From Nitrospirota bacterium (GTDB lineage: Bacteria; Nitrospirota; UBA9217): a stretch of 64,000 nucleotides of DNA. The DNA lies in assembly GCA_963845065.1 (NCBI GenBank), contig CAWJQQ010000001.1:640001-704000 (forward strand). The letters run 5' to 3'. Under the pieces are notes generated by a model. That model did not search any database. It was not told the origin of the DNA and was given only the letters and a program-made list of their open reading frames with translations. The position numbers were made by a program, and so were the translations under genes. Position 1 is the first letter of the stretch, and the number at the start of each line of letters is the position of its first letter. Below are positions 43,460 through 53,186 of this stretch, one piece after another.

Positions 43460-44146
43460 ATGTACTCAGAGAATCAAATAAAAGACGATGCGAGTGAATG
43501 GGTGATCCTCCTGCACGGCCTTGGCCGTTACAGACAGTCCATGCAAAGGCTTGAGCGGCATCTAAAAAGCTTCGGCTATTTGACCGTAAACCTCGCCTAT
43601 CCCTCGACAACCAAAACGATCGAGGCGATCGCCGAAACATATCTTGCGAGCGCTATACAGGGCTGTGAAGCGCAAAGGGCGGGGAAAATCCATTTTGTAG
43701 CTCACTCCCTTGGCGGTATCATCGTCCGTCAATACCTGCAGCGACACTCAGTGCCCGCAGGCAGCAGACTCGTCATGCTCTCCCCGCCGAACCAGGGGAG
43801 CGAACTCGTCGATCTGCTCATGCAGATCCCCTTCTTCCGCTGGTTTACGGGCCCGGCTGGCAAGGAGATCGGAAGGGGGCCAGAGTCCGTGGTCAATCAC
43901 TTGAAGCCGGTTGGGATCGACGTTGGCGTTATTGCGGGTAATTTGAGCATCAATCTTGTGTCATCCACTTTCATCGAAGGACCCGACGATGGCATGGTTT
44001 CAGTGAAGAGCACTATGCTGCCGGAGATGCGCGACTTTATTGTCGTCCATAATACTCATACATTTATCATGAGAGATCCGCTGGTGATGAAGCAGGTTAC
44101 ATATTTCCTCAAGCACGGCAGATTTGACCACGGCAGGACGCAATGA
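43460..44146 (+). CDS. Alpha/beta hydrolase (lipase/esterase-like)
   Basis: LLHGLG, AHSLGG, SPPNQGS, DDGMVSV, HTF. Confidence 0.88.
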   Translation: MYSENQIKDDASEWVILLHGLGRYRQSMQRLERHLKSFGYLTVNLAYPSTTKTIEAIAETYLASAIQGCEAQRAGKIHFVAHSLGGIIVRQYLQRHSVPAGSRLVMLSPPNQGSELVDLLMQIPFFRWFTGPAGKEIGRGPESVVNHLKPVGIDVGVIAGNLSINLVSSTFIEGPDDGMVSVKSTMLPEMRDFIVVHNTHTFIMRDPLVMKQVTYFLKHGRFDHGRTQ

Positions 44147-44316
44147 ATCGAACAGGGATCTAGTCTTATCGCTATTGAATCCGTAGTTTGTTCTCCAACC
44201 CGTCGTCAGCGTGCCCTCACTCCTAGCGTTCTTAATCCTTATCACCAATCCCCGGCGTACGTGTCTCCGTTGCTTGTCCATGCCTCTGGTAGCCTGCCCG
44301 AAGTAATGCGGCACTT

Positions 44317-45070
44317 TCAGCCGAAAAGCCGAAACCGCATAGAGTGTACATATTTCAAGAAGGAGGTGCCGAAGAAGTAGTCGGAAGCGCAGGCTATTGG
44401 ATAAAATAACGCCTGCCAGACCGTGAGCTTCGTGTGTGTGGTGATGAGATAGGGTGCGACCAGAAACCGGAAAAAGACGATATATGCGGCAAGGGCCGTT
44501 GTCGTAGCCATGAATCGCCCGACCACACGGCTCCAGATCGCGGAGGTGGCCTTGTGCGCCACCTTGCGTGCAATCTCTTCATTCGAATGGAGCATGATCT
44601 GCTTGAATAGTCGTCTAAATATTGAAATCTGGGCATCAGCCTCGTCGAGCCGTCGGTACACCTCCCGCTGAACTCTACCGCGAATAAAAGAGCGTGGATT
44701 GCCGCGGTAAACGAAGATGAGAGAGAAGAGGTCGGGCAGTCCCCGAAGCACCCGCACAAGGCTTTCGACAACCGACGCCATGTACACGGAGCAGATGACC
44801 AACACACTCACTCCGCGCTTTAGAATCCATCCTGATCCATAGACGGCAACCAGCAAGAGGAACACGTTTACTACGATCTTGACAATCTGAGTCGTGAACA
44901 GTGCGAGAATCCGTTTCACGGACTCATACTCTGTCTTGACCTGTATGCGGCTGGAAACATAGTCTGAGGCCAGCAGCTTGGCAATGGCGAGGCTGAATGG
45001 GAAAACGAAGTCCATAGTGATTTTTTGGTCGGGCAATACATTTCTACTAACGATTTCCTCAACTTTAGTT
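44317..45070 (-). CDS. Hypothetical membrane protein, 5' region abutted by IS
   Basis: Long hydrophobic ORF; the track start lies inside the IS terminal repeat, so the true start is uncertain. Confidence 0.55.
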
Positions 45071-45074
45071 AAGG

Positions 45075-46563
45075 GAGCCTCTTGCAAAAGTCTCTTTAAA
45101 ATTGTCCGATCTTATTCAGTCCGTGTTTTCAACGAAAATCCGTAGGAAATCATTGTCAACTTGCATCAAAATACAGCATAATGCGCGTGCAGCCATGTAT
45201 TTTTTAGTGTGTAGGCGTAGTTCTCCGCGCAATGCTGCAAATTTTCACTACATTGCCTAGTCTATGTCGCCATTTTCATCAACTGATCAGCGAACAATGC
45301 GATGATTCCAAACATAAGGTGGAGCTTTACTTTTCCAGCGCCACGAACCATCACCGTCTCGCCGCCGAAGTCGCACTTTAATCTGCTGTTCGTACGCTCC
45401 GCTACCGTACGTTCGTTGTATCGTTTCGCTTCCGCAGGCGCAAGCGGGATCGCCTGTCCACGACGTGGATTCGGATCAATGATTGGGACATGGCCTAGTA
45501 TTCTACTCATCTGATGAATCTGATGCGCGTCATAGGCGGAATCCATTAGGTCATACAAATAGGTCACCTTTTCACTCGTCATTTTCATCAAGGGAATCGC
45601 AACCTGGCTGTCATGCAATGACGCCGAGGTGAGCACGGTGCTGATCGGAAACCCGTTGTCGTTCGTATCCACATGTAGCTTGTAACCGATCCACGTCTCT
45701 TTGTATCCCTGGGCATTCTTCTTGGCCCCAACGGTGCAAACGGCCGGCAGTTCTCCGATAGCCGCAGATGCTGTTTGTCCAACCTGTCGGTCCAGACGCC
45801 TCTCTTTTTTATTCCTGACCTCACCTTTTTTCGGACGTCCTTTGGGTTTCGGCTTCTGCGCTACCGTTTTTTCTTTTACCTTCATTTTGACCGGCTTCTC
45901 ATTTCCCTTGATCGCTGTCGAGTCACGCGACACATGGCCGATCAACTGATCCGACAAGTGTAACGTTACCATAGCATTGAGCACTCGATCGCCAAGCTCA
46001 CTTGCAGAATATTCCGCAAAGGCGCGGGAAAACGTCGCCTCCGACGGTAGCGTGCTCTCCTGCACTCGTTCTACGATTAACTCCCCGTTCTCTCGCCGCG
46101 CCTTCTTAACCGTCCTGAACCCTCTCCCGCTGAATCCGCAGATACCACGCAGATTCGGCATCGTATCCAAGCCTTCCATCAGCGCCCGCGTCGTAGGAAA
46201 CCTATAAACCGCCTTTGCTACAAATGCCCGCGCAATCGCGTAACGATCAACCAATTTCCGACCCATCCACTGCAACTCTGGGGTCTTTACATAATCTTCT
46301 ACCTGGAGAATCTCGAGAATGGTTATAAGGCGTTTCTGTTTGTCCGTCATCGGATCAGAAAAATATGTCTGCAGAATCGGGAATAAATCTACCTGTACTT
46401 TAGCCTTTAACCATGATATAGTTTCTTTCAGCGGATTCATCGGCTCTCCTTTTGTTTGGTTTCGTTGGCAAACAAATCATACCAGAAGGAGAGCTTCTTT
46501 ACCTCAAAAAACCCATCATTTCTACAAAAAAATCGCTTACTTCATAACTTTTGCAAGAGGCTC
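45075..46563 (-). mobile_element. IS1182/IS5-like insertion sequence
   Basis: Perfect 17-bp IR GAGCCTCTTGCAAAAGT; 4-bp TSD AAGG at 45071-45074 and 46564-46567. Confidence 0.92.
45262..46440 (-). CDS. DDE transposase (DDE_Tnp_1 type)
   Basis: PSEATFSR, RDSTAI, GYKLH, HDS, MDSAYD, YNERTVAER. Confidence 0.92.
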   Translation of the reverse strand: MNPLKETISWLKAKVQVDLFPILQTYFSDPMTDKQKRLITILEILQVEDYVKTPELQWMGRKLVDRYAIARAFVAKAVYRFPTTRALMEGLDTMPNLRGICGFSGRGFRTVKKARRENGELIVERVQESTLPSEATFSRAFAEYSASELGDRVLNAMVTLHLSDQLIGHVSRDSTAIKGNEKPVKMKVKEKTVAQKPKPKGRPKKGEVRNKKERRLDRQVGQTASAAIGELPAVCTVGAKKNAQGYKETWIGYKLHVDTNDNGFPISTVLTSASLHDSQVAIPLMKMTSEKVTYLYDLMDSAYDAHQIHQMSRILGHVPIIDPNPRRGQAIPLAPAEAKRYNERTVAERTNSRLKCDFGGETVMVRGAGKVKLHLMFGIIALFADQLMKMAT

Positions 46564-47104
46564 AAGGTAATAAGTATTACCCAACATACCTAATCGGCTT
46601 TTGGTGTAATACCGGCAAACAATGCGTTCTTTTTCTGATATTACCACAATTACAATTAGGATTCATAGGGTCATAGATTCAATTCCCTAATTTTCTTCTA
46701 AATAGTTTTCGATCTAGCACAACCATGTACTCCCTTCTATAATATGCTAAAAAAAAGACTTTCATTAATTAGGTTGTGTTGTTTCGAAAAAGGATCAACA
46801 ATCGCTAAAATACAATCAATAAAAAATGTTCACGAGGATAAGAGCGTTCTTTAATATACTACTTGGAGTCCAAAATCGATTTGAAAATAAATGAATTGGT
46901 TTCGAAGATGGGACTGTGAGCCGCGATAATCAGGGGCACATTGAAACATATAGGCACGGTTTTTGTTGAGAGCGAGTAGAACAAATTTGCGGAGGTCATG
47001 GCCGTATCCGTTACTCAGAGCAAATGGTAAGTCCTGAGCGGAAAAGCTCAGAAGGAAAGAGACCTCCTGCTGAACAAACTTTTTTATATTGAAAAAGCAA
47101 GACT

Positions 47105-47437
47105 TCAGAAGTTTTTTTTCCGGTTCCTGGTTGCAAGCCCAGGTGATGCGATCTGGGCTGTATGTTGTTTGCGGACTTTGGCATATGTCTTACACGTGGG
47201 ATACTGTGAGCATCTGAAACGTAAAATCGTCTCCTCTTCCTTATATAAGTGCATGCGGTTACCACAGGTTGAGCATAAAGGTCTTGTTTGAATTTGTGTA
47301 TGATGAGAACTCGTAAATTGTAAGCCGCACATTAAGCAAAGATAGCGCTGTTTTCCCGTATGTGCTTTCCCATCACGATAAACCGCCTTCGATCCACAGG
47401 CAGGGCACTGTATTTTACTGATGGTATCTTTCGACAT
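47105..47437 (-). CDS. Double zinc-ribbon protein (IS1 InsA-like ribbon + topoisomerase zf-C4-like)
   Basis: CPACGS..GKQRYLCLMCG..CSTCG..RFRCSQYPTC; GGAGG RBS. Confidence 0.75.
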   Translation of the reverse strand: MSKDTISKIQCPACGSKAVYRDGKAHTGKQRYLCLMCGLQFTSSHHTQIQTRPLCSTCGNRMHLYKEEETILRFRCSQYPTCKTYAKVRKQHTAQIASPGLATRNRKKNF

Positions 47438-48254
47438 TGTGTACCCTCCGATAAGATGGAAGCATCACAGAACTTAGCTGTGGACAGTGTTGTACCTTGC
47501 CTGCATCAACAATGCATTATTATGTGGCACAGAGATCGTCTATATTCGCGGTCTGATACCGTAGCTGAAGCTGTTGTTTGACATGGCTATGACCGCAAAG
47601 AAGGATCTATTAGTGTTTTTTTGAAAGCGACCAAGCGTGCAAAATTTGACTGCCATTTTTTACAGTAGTCATGTGTTGCTCCTGCACTAGTCTTTGAATA
47701 GCACCGTATGCTATTTGTACTCTTTATCAAAGTGGCTTGATGGTGCGTCGCTGAACTTTGTTCTGCGATGTTTTTCATCTTTTTCTGGGAGGATGCATAA
47801 AGTGCCACATGGTCCTTTTCTAATCCCCATAATGCTCATCTCCTCGCAACACTATTTCCAGGAACGAAGGACGCCGGTCATAATATCCAGTGCAACAAAT
47901 ATCCAGTGCAACAAATGCTGATTTTTTGACAATAATCTAGGGCCATGGTCATGATTGGTGCTGAACAGAATATACTATCGGCAGCCCGGTGAGTCTATCA
48001 CTTCATGTACATTCGAAGACATCCGGAATCACTGATGATTAATCGTGGACTCTGCATTCAACTTAATAATTTTCTCATCTTACCATGAGAAAGTTACATG
48101 AATATTACAGGGAATGAAATAAATGCATCTTGCCGGGGATTCGCGTTCCAATGACTATTGTCTTTATGGCGGGGTAGGGAAGTAATGAAAGTGAAGTTGG
48201 ACATACTTTGTGGAAGCGAATATACTTTAAATACATTAGAAAGGAGATCGAAAT

Positions 48255-48563
48255 ATGGCACTTTTAGATGATGCATTGAAAGGTAATATTGTAACTGGTT
48301 TGGCTATCGGTATCGGCGCAGCAATACTGGCACCCGTAATTATTCCTTTGTTTGCTAATATCGCAAAGCCACTGGCAAAAGCCACAATAAAGGGGGGCAT
48401 GCAGCTGTACGAACGAGGCAAAGAAACTTTTGCAGAAATAGCTGAAATTACAGAAGATATTGTGGCTGAAGCAAAGGCTGAACTGGCCGAGTCGGCAGTA
48501 GCAGCGTCAGCACCGGCGGCTTCAGCGGTTGCTGGTTCCGAAGGTGGGCCAGCATCGTCATGA
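48255..48563 (+). CDS. DUF5132 family GxxxG membrane protein (Fez accessory-like)
   Basis: GLAIGIGA..AP..KPLAKATIKGG..E..EDIVAEAKAE; ATGA overlap with next gene. Confidence 0.85.
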   Translation: MALLDDALKGNIVTGLAIGIGAAILAPVIIPLFANIAKPLAKATIKGGMQLYERGKETFAEIAEITEDIVAEAKAELAESAVAASAPAASAVAGSEGGPASS

Positions 48564-49051
48564 TCCCGGCAGCTGTAGTTGCCCATTCCTCAAGCGGGAG
48601 ATTGCGGATTAAGATCGCCTCACAAAGAGGAAATATTGTTGCGCTTAAGTCCCAAGGGGACCAGCTTGCTACATGTCCAGGCATCCTCTCCATTGAAGTA
48701 AACCCGGGTACGGGGAGCATACTTTTACTGCATCAAACGACAGTGAAGGAGATCGCAGAGTTTGCAAGGTCCAGGAACCTTTTTTCGCTTGAGGAACAAA
48801 AGGGTTCAAGAGTGCCATCTGCAGCACTTCATAGGAATATTGGCGATACGTTCAAGAGTGTTGATAGGCAGATACAGAACCTCACGGGTGGTGATTTAGA
48901 CCTGAGCGGGTTCGCAGTAGCAGCCTTGATTATAGCGGGTAGTGCACAAATCCTATCGGGAAATGCAGGTCCACTACCGTGGTCCGCAGCATACTGGTAT
49001 GCATACAATCTCTACTCAAAAACAAAGGACAGGGAAAAGAGAGAACCGTAA
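48560..49051 (+). CDS. HMA2-domain membrane protein (FezC-like)
   Basis: HSSSGRLRIK..VNPGTGSILL; C-terminal GGDLDL..PW..WYA membrane segment. Confidence 0.8.
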   Translation: MIPAAVVAHSSSGRLRIKIASQRGNIVALKSQGDQLATCPGILSIEVNPGTGSILLLHQTTVKEIAEFARSRNLFSLEEQKGSRVPSAALHRNIGDTFKSVDRQIQNLTGGDLDLSGFAVAALIIAGSAQILSGNAGPLPWSAAYWYAYNLYSKTKDREKREP

Positions 49052-49342
49052 ACAGCACTGAAAAATGTGGGAACCCTCCCAGCCGGTAACCGCCTTGTCA
49101 GCTACGACAGCTTCGAGGAATAGGCAAATCTGTTTCCTGAAAAATCTAGTCCTAAAATTGTTAAAATATCCGGCGCTCAAGACATACGATCTGATCTTGT
49201 GACGCCTTGTAGGAGCAACGCCATGAGTGACCATAAGCAAAAGGCACCGACGAAGAAAACCGTGAAACGTAGTCTGCACGGCATATCATCTGAATCGGAT
49301 ATTGAAATTACAACGGGTATGACTTCTAAAGGAGGACCTGAC

Positions 49343-49951
49343 ATGACAAATACAGAAACCATAGGTGTTGAAACGTCATCTAAAGACATCGGCAAAGCGG
49401 GATCTGCCGTGAAAGAGGGCGTCGTGAGCAGTCTCAAGGGGATCAACGAGATCGAAGCGGAGATCGTCAGTCTCGTCAGGAACACTGTATCCAACACGCT
49501 TCGTGCAACAGGTTCAGTGGCCGAAGAAGCACTTGGCATCACGAAGGATGTAGTCAAAGGAGCCATTCAGGCCACTGAAGAAGTAGGTACGGGCCTCATC
49601 TTGAGCACAAAGAGCGTGGCAAAAGGGGTGGTCATGGGCGTAAGCGATGTTGGCGGTGATGTTATTTCCGTGGCAGGCCAGACCGTCAAGGGTGCGGTCA
49701 CGGGTGCTGCCGAGATCGGCGCGGATGTCGCTATGGTCGCCCGCCGGGCTGTAGACGGAGTGATCGAGGCTACGAAGGAAGTCGGGGGGAATGCCGAGGA
49801 AGTTGCGAAAGTCGCCGTTACTGGCGCGATTGATGCTGCAGCTGCGATTGGCAACACGGCGGTCAAGGCTGTTAAGGACATGCTGGTCGGTGTTGTTGAA
49901 GGAGTCAAAGAAGTCGCGAGCAACGCATTGCCGAAGTCGAAACAGGTTTAA
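49343..49951 (+). CDS. 22-residue amphipathic helical repeat protein (alternative start 49223)
   Basis: Five exact-length 22-mers, Gly/Ala/Val-rich; AGGAGG RBS. Confidence 0.8.
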   Translation: MTNTETIGVETSSKDIGKAGSAVKEGVVSSLKGINEIEAEIVSLVRNTVSNTLRATGSVAEEALGITKDVVKGAIQATEEVGTGLILSTKSVAKGVVMGVSDVGGDVISVAGQTVKGAVTGAAEIGADVAMVARRAVDGVIEATKEVGGNAEEVAKVAVTGAIDAAAAIGNTAVKAVKDMLVGVVEGVKEVASNALPKSKQV

Positions 49952-50006
49952 ACAGTCAATACCTGGCTTATGATCGGCTCATATTTCAGAGGGGGAGGAA
50001 TCGCGC

Positions 50007-53000
50007 GTGGTTCAGGCCGTTCATACGTCTGTAAAAGGACGGGCCCGTTATAAAGTAGAGGGTCTGTACCGCTCGGAACAATTAAAACAGCAGATCGAAC
50101 AGGATCTTGCTGAGCACAAGTGGATACTGAGCTTTTCAATAAATACCCTTACGGGAAGTGTCCTCGTGCTGTTCGAATCGCAGAACGGCAACAATCATGC
50201 ATCAGCGATAGTTTCGCTCCTGAATGCTGTTGTCGAACGTACCAAAGGTGAACTAGTCCAAGGCAAGGAAGACCGTTTCCCTTCTGCGCCGCAAGAGAAG
50301 GGAATGGCTAGGGTAAGCCTCTCGCCAACCGCAGTCACTCCTTCTTTCACACCTACCGGCAAGGAAGTGCCGACCCTGCGAACCGTTCGCAAAGAGGTTT
50401 CCAATGCTGAGGATCAGCAGGAAGAGCCTTGGCACTGTATGGCGAAGAAGGATGTACTGCAGAGATGGGGCACATCGGCATCGAATGGCTTATCCGAGGA
50501 AGCAGCTCGTCTATTGTATATCCAGTACGGACCCAACATCCTACCTGAATCTGTTCCCCGATCCGGTTGGAGCATGTTCTTCGATCAGTTTAAATCCCTT
50601 CCTGTAGCTCTTCTCGGCGTTGCAGCGGGTATTTCCATTGCTACCGGCGGCTTTGCGGATGCCGTCGTGATCATGGGGGTCGTCGTCATCAACGCCTCCA
50701 TCGGATATTACACCGAGAACCAGACGGAAAAGATTATCCACGGGTTGAAGAGCCTCGTGCAACCGACCTCAACGGTGATCCGTGGCGGTGTTATGGCGAT
50801 CATCGATGCCAAGGAGGTCGTGCCCGGCGATCTAATCGTGCTGAGACCGGGAAGTTATATTGCGGCAGATGCCCGTCTCATAGAAGCAAAATATTTGAGC
50901 ATCGATGAATCGGCGTTAACGGGCGAAAGCATGCCGGCCATGAAAACCGCCGATGAACTGCAGGTACAGGACATCCCCCTTGCTGACCGCACCAACATGG
51001 TCTATATGGGGACCTTGGTTACAGGCGGACAGGGACTCGCCGTGGCGGTGGCGACAGGGCGCTATACCGAGGTTGGCAAGATACAGACCATGGTGGGAGA
51101 GGCGCGGCCGCCGGACACGCCCCTGGAACGTCAGATGGACCACCTTGGTGTCCAGCTGGTATATATCACCTGTACCGTCTGCGGCATCGTCTTCATCGTA
51201 GGCCTTCTGCGCGGTTACGGTTTTCTCGAAATGCTGAAATCCTCCATTGCCCTTGCCGTCGCCGCGGTGCCGGAGGGGCTTCCGACCGTTGCGACCACAA
51301 CTCTCGCGCTCGGCATCAAGCGCATGCGGGGCATGAACGTGCTCATCCGCCACCTTGACGCAGTCGAAACGCTCGGATCGGTCGAGACCATCTGTCTTGA
51401 CAAGACCGGCACTATCACAATGAACAAGATGTCGGTGGTCCAGATGCATGCTGGCATGCGACGTCTCGATGTTGTTGATGGCAAGATCATGGTGGAAGGG
51501 AAAAGCATCAATCCCTATACAAACGAAGACGTCCTCCGGCTTCTCCATCTCTCGGTGCTCTGTAATGAATCGATGGTATCTGGACAGGAAGGCGACTACG
51601 TTGTGGAAGGCTCATCTACGGAGAATGCCCTAGTGAACCTTGCTCTAAGTAGCGGTGTGGATGTCGTTTCGCTTCGGGCTCAGCACCCCATCGTGAAGTT
51701 GAACCACCGTTCGGAAGAGCGGCATTACATGAGCTCCGTTCATCGCTCGAATGACCAGCAGCGGCTTATAGCTCTCAAGGGAAGCCCGTCCGAAGTGCTT
51801 TCACTCTGCAAATGGTATGTCAAGGACGGCCGGCAACTGGAGATGGACGACGATGCCCGCGCGGTCTTCGAAGCGGATAATGAACGGATGGCCGGCGAAG
51901 CGCTCCGAGTGCTGGCCGTAGCGTATGCAGTGTCCAACGGAGACACGCTGCGCAGCGGCGAGATTATCCAACAGGGGCTTATCTGGGTAGGTCTCGTCGG
52001 CATGGCCGATGTTGTCCGGAGTGGCGTCAAGAACCTCATTAGTACATTCCATCGTGCCGGGATCGATACCGTCATGATCACCGGTGACCAGAGCCCTACG
52101 GCCTATGCGATCGGCAAGGAGCTTAATCTGAGCAAGGGCGAGGAACTGGAGATCCTGGACTCCACCAACCTTAACCGGCTTGAGCCTGAGGTCATGAAGG
52201 CGCTTGCCGGGCGCGTTCATGTCTTCGCACGGGTGAGTCCTGCCAACAAACTCCAGATAGTTCAGGCGCTCCAGTCAGCAGGAAAGGTCATTGGCATGAC
52301 TGGCGACGGCATAAACGACGGACCGGCGCTTAAGGCGGCGGATATCGGGATCGCTCTAGGACACACTGGGACAGACGTGGCTCGGGAGGTAGCGGACGTG
52401 GTCCTGGAAGATGACAATCTCGAGACCATGGTCGTGGCCATAAGCCAGGGGAGAACGGTTTATAACAACTTACGAAAATCGGTCCGATACATGCTTTCGA
52501 AGAACACGAGCGAGATCATGATAATGTTCACCTCTCTTGCCGCCGGCATGGGGCAGCCGTTTAATGTCATGCAGCTTCTCTGGATCAACATGATTTCGGA
52601 CATCTTCCCCGGCATAGCTCTTGCCCAGGAACCGCCCGAGCCGGATGTCCTCCTGCGTCCTCCGCGGAGTCCCGAGGAACAGCTCATTAATCCGTCGGAC
52701 TATAAAAGGCTCCTCTTCGAGGCTTCCACCATCTCAGCAGGGACGCTGGCAGCATATGGCTACGGCGTCCTGCGCTACGGGCAGGGGCCCCAAGCTAGCA
52801 CGATGGCCTTCACGAACTTTGTTACGGCAGGACTCCTGCATGCTATCAGTCACCGTTCTGAATCACACAGCATCTTTGACGCTGAGCGGCTTGAACCGAA
52901 CAAATATCTCACCATTGCCCTAGCAGGCTCGTTAGGGGTGCAATCGCTTACTCTGGTCATCCCGGGCCTCCGGAGCTTCCTTGGTATGAGTCCTCTTAAT

Positions 53001-53156
53001 CCTTTCGATCTCGCAATTTCGATAGGGACAGCTGTCGCTCCCTTGCTCATCAACGAGGCGACAAAAAAGATAGGTACGTCACCGCCGATAGTAAATGGCA
53101 GTTCAATTGTCACAGTTTCTGTATTGAACGGCAGGCAAGTTGCTGCAATTACCTAA
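50007..53156 (+). CDS. P2A-type cation (Ca/Mn) P-type ATPase with N-terminal HMA2 domain
   Basis: HTSVKGRARY..TGSVLV; TGES, VPEGLP, DKTGT, TGD, GDGINDGPAL, QLLWINMISD. Confidence 0.92.
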   Translation: MVQAVHTSVKGRARYKVEGLYRSEQLKQQIEQDLAEHKWILSFSINTLTGSVLVLFESQNGNNHASAIVSLLNAVVERTKGELVQGKEDRFPSAPQEKGMARVSLSPTAVTPSFTPTGKEVPTLRTVRKEVSNAEDQQEEPWHCMAKKDVLQRWGTSASNGLSEEAARLLYIQYGPNILPESVPRSGWSMFFDQFKSLPVALLGVAAGISIATGGFADAVVIMGVVVINASIGYYTENQTEKIIHGLKSLVQPTSTVIRGGVMAIIDAKEVVPGDLIVLRPGSYIAADARLIEAKYLSIDESALTGESMPAMKTADELQVQDIPLADRTNMVYMGTLVTGGQGLAVAVATGRYTEVGKIQTMVGEARPPDTPLERQMDHLGVQLVYITCTVCGIVFIVGLLRGYGFLEMLKSSIALAVAAVPEGLPTVATTTLALGIKRMRGMNVLIRHLDAVETLGSVETICLDKTGTITMNKMSVVQMHAGMRRLDVVDGKIMVEGKSINPYTNEDVLRLLHLSVLCNESMVSGQEGDYVVEGSSTENALVNLALSSGVDVVSLRAQHPIVKLNHRSEERHYMSSVHRSNDQQRLIALKGSPSEVLSLCKWYVKDGRQLEMDDDARAVFEADNERMAGEALRVLAVAYAVSNGDTLRSGEIIQQGLIWVGLVGMADVVRSGVKNLISTFHRAGIDTVMITGDQSPTAYAIGKELNLSKGEELEILDSTNLNRLEPEVMKALAGRVHVFARVSPANKLQIVQALQSAGKVIGMTGDGINDGPALKAADIGIALGHTGTDVAREVADVVLEDDNLETMVVAISQGRTVYNNLRKSVRYMLSKNTSEIMIMFTSLAAGMGQPFNVMQLLWINMISDIFPGIALAQEPPEPDVLLRPPRSPEEQLINPSDYKRLLFEASTISAGTLAAYGYGVLRYGQGPQASTMAFTNFVTAGLLHAISHRSESHSIFDAERLEPNKYLTIALAGSLGVQSLTLVIPGLRSFLGMSPLNPFDLAISIGTAVAPLLINEATKKIGTSPPIVNGSSIVTVSVLNGRQVAAIT

Positions 53157-53186
53157 ACAGGCAAAGTGCATCATGGCGAGGGTCAA

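Noticed and set aside
47883..47914. 16-bp tandem duplication ATATCCAGTGCAACAA x2
   Set aside because: Two adjacent units with no spacer; local slippage, not CRISPR.
48063..48077. Fur box upstream of DUF5132
   Set aside because: Only a loose match in AT-rich DNA; cannot be supported without a genome-specific matrix.
49177..49923. Ser/Thr/Ala-rich minus-strand ORFs
   Set aside because: Antisense shadows of the 22-mer repeat gene.
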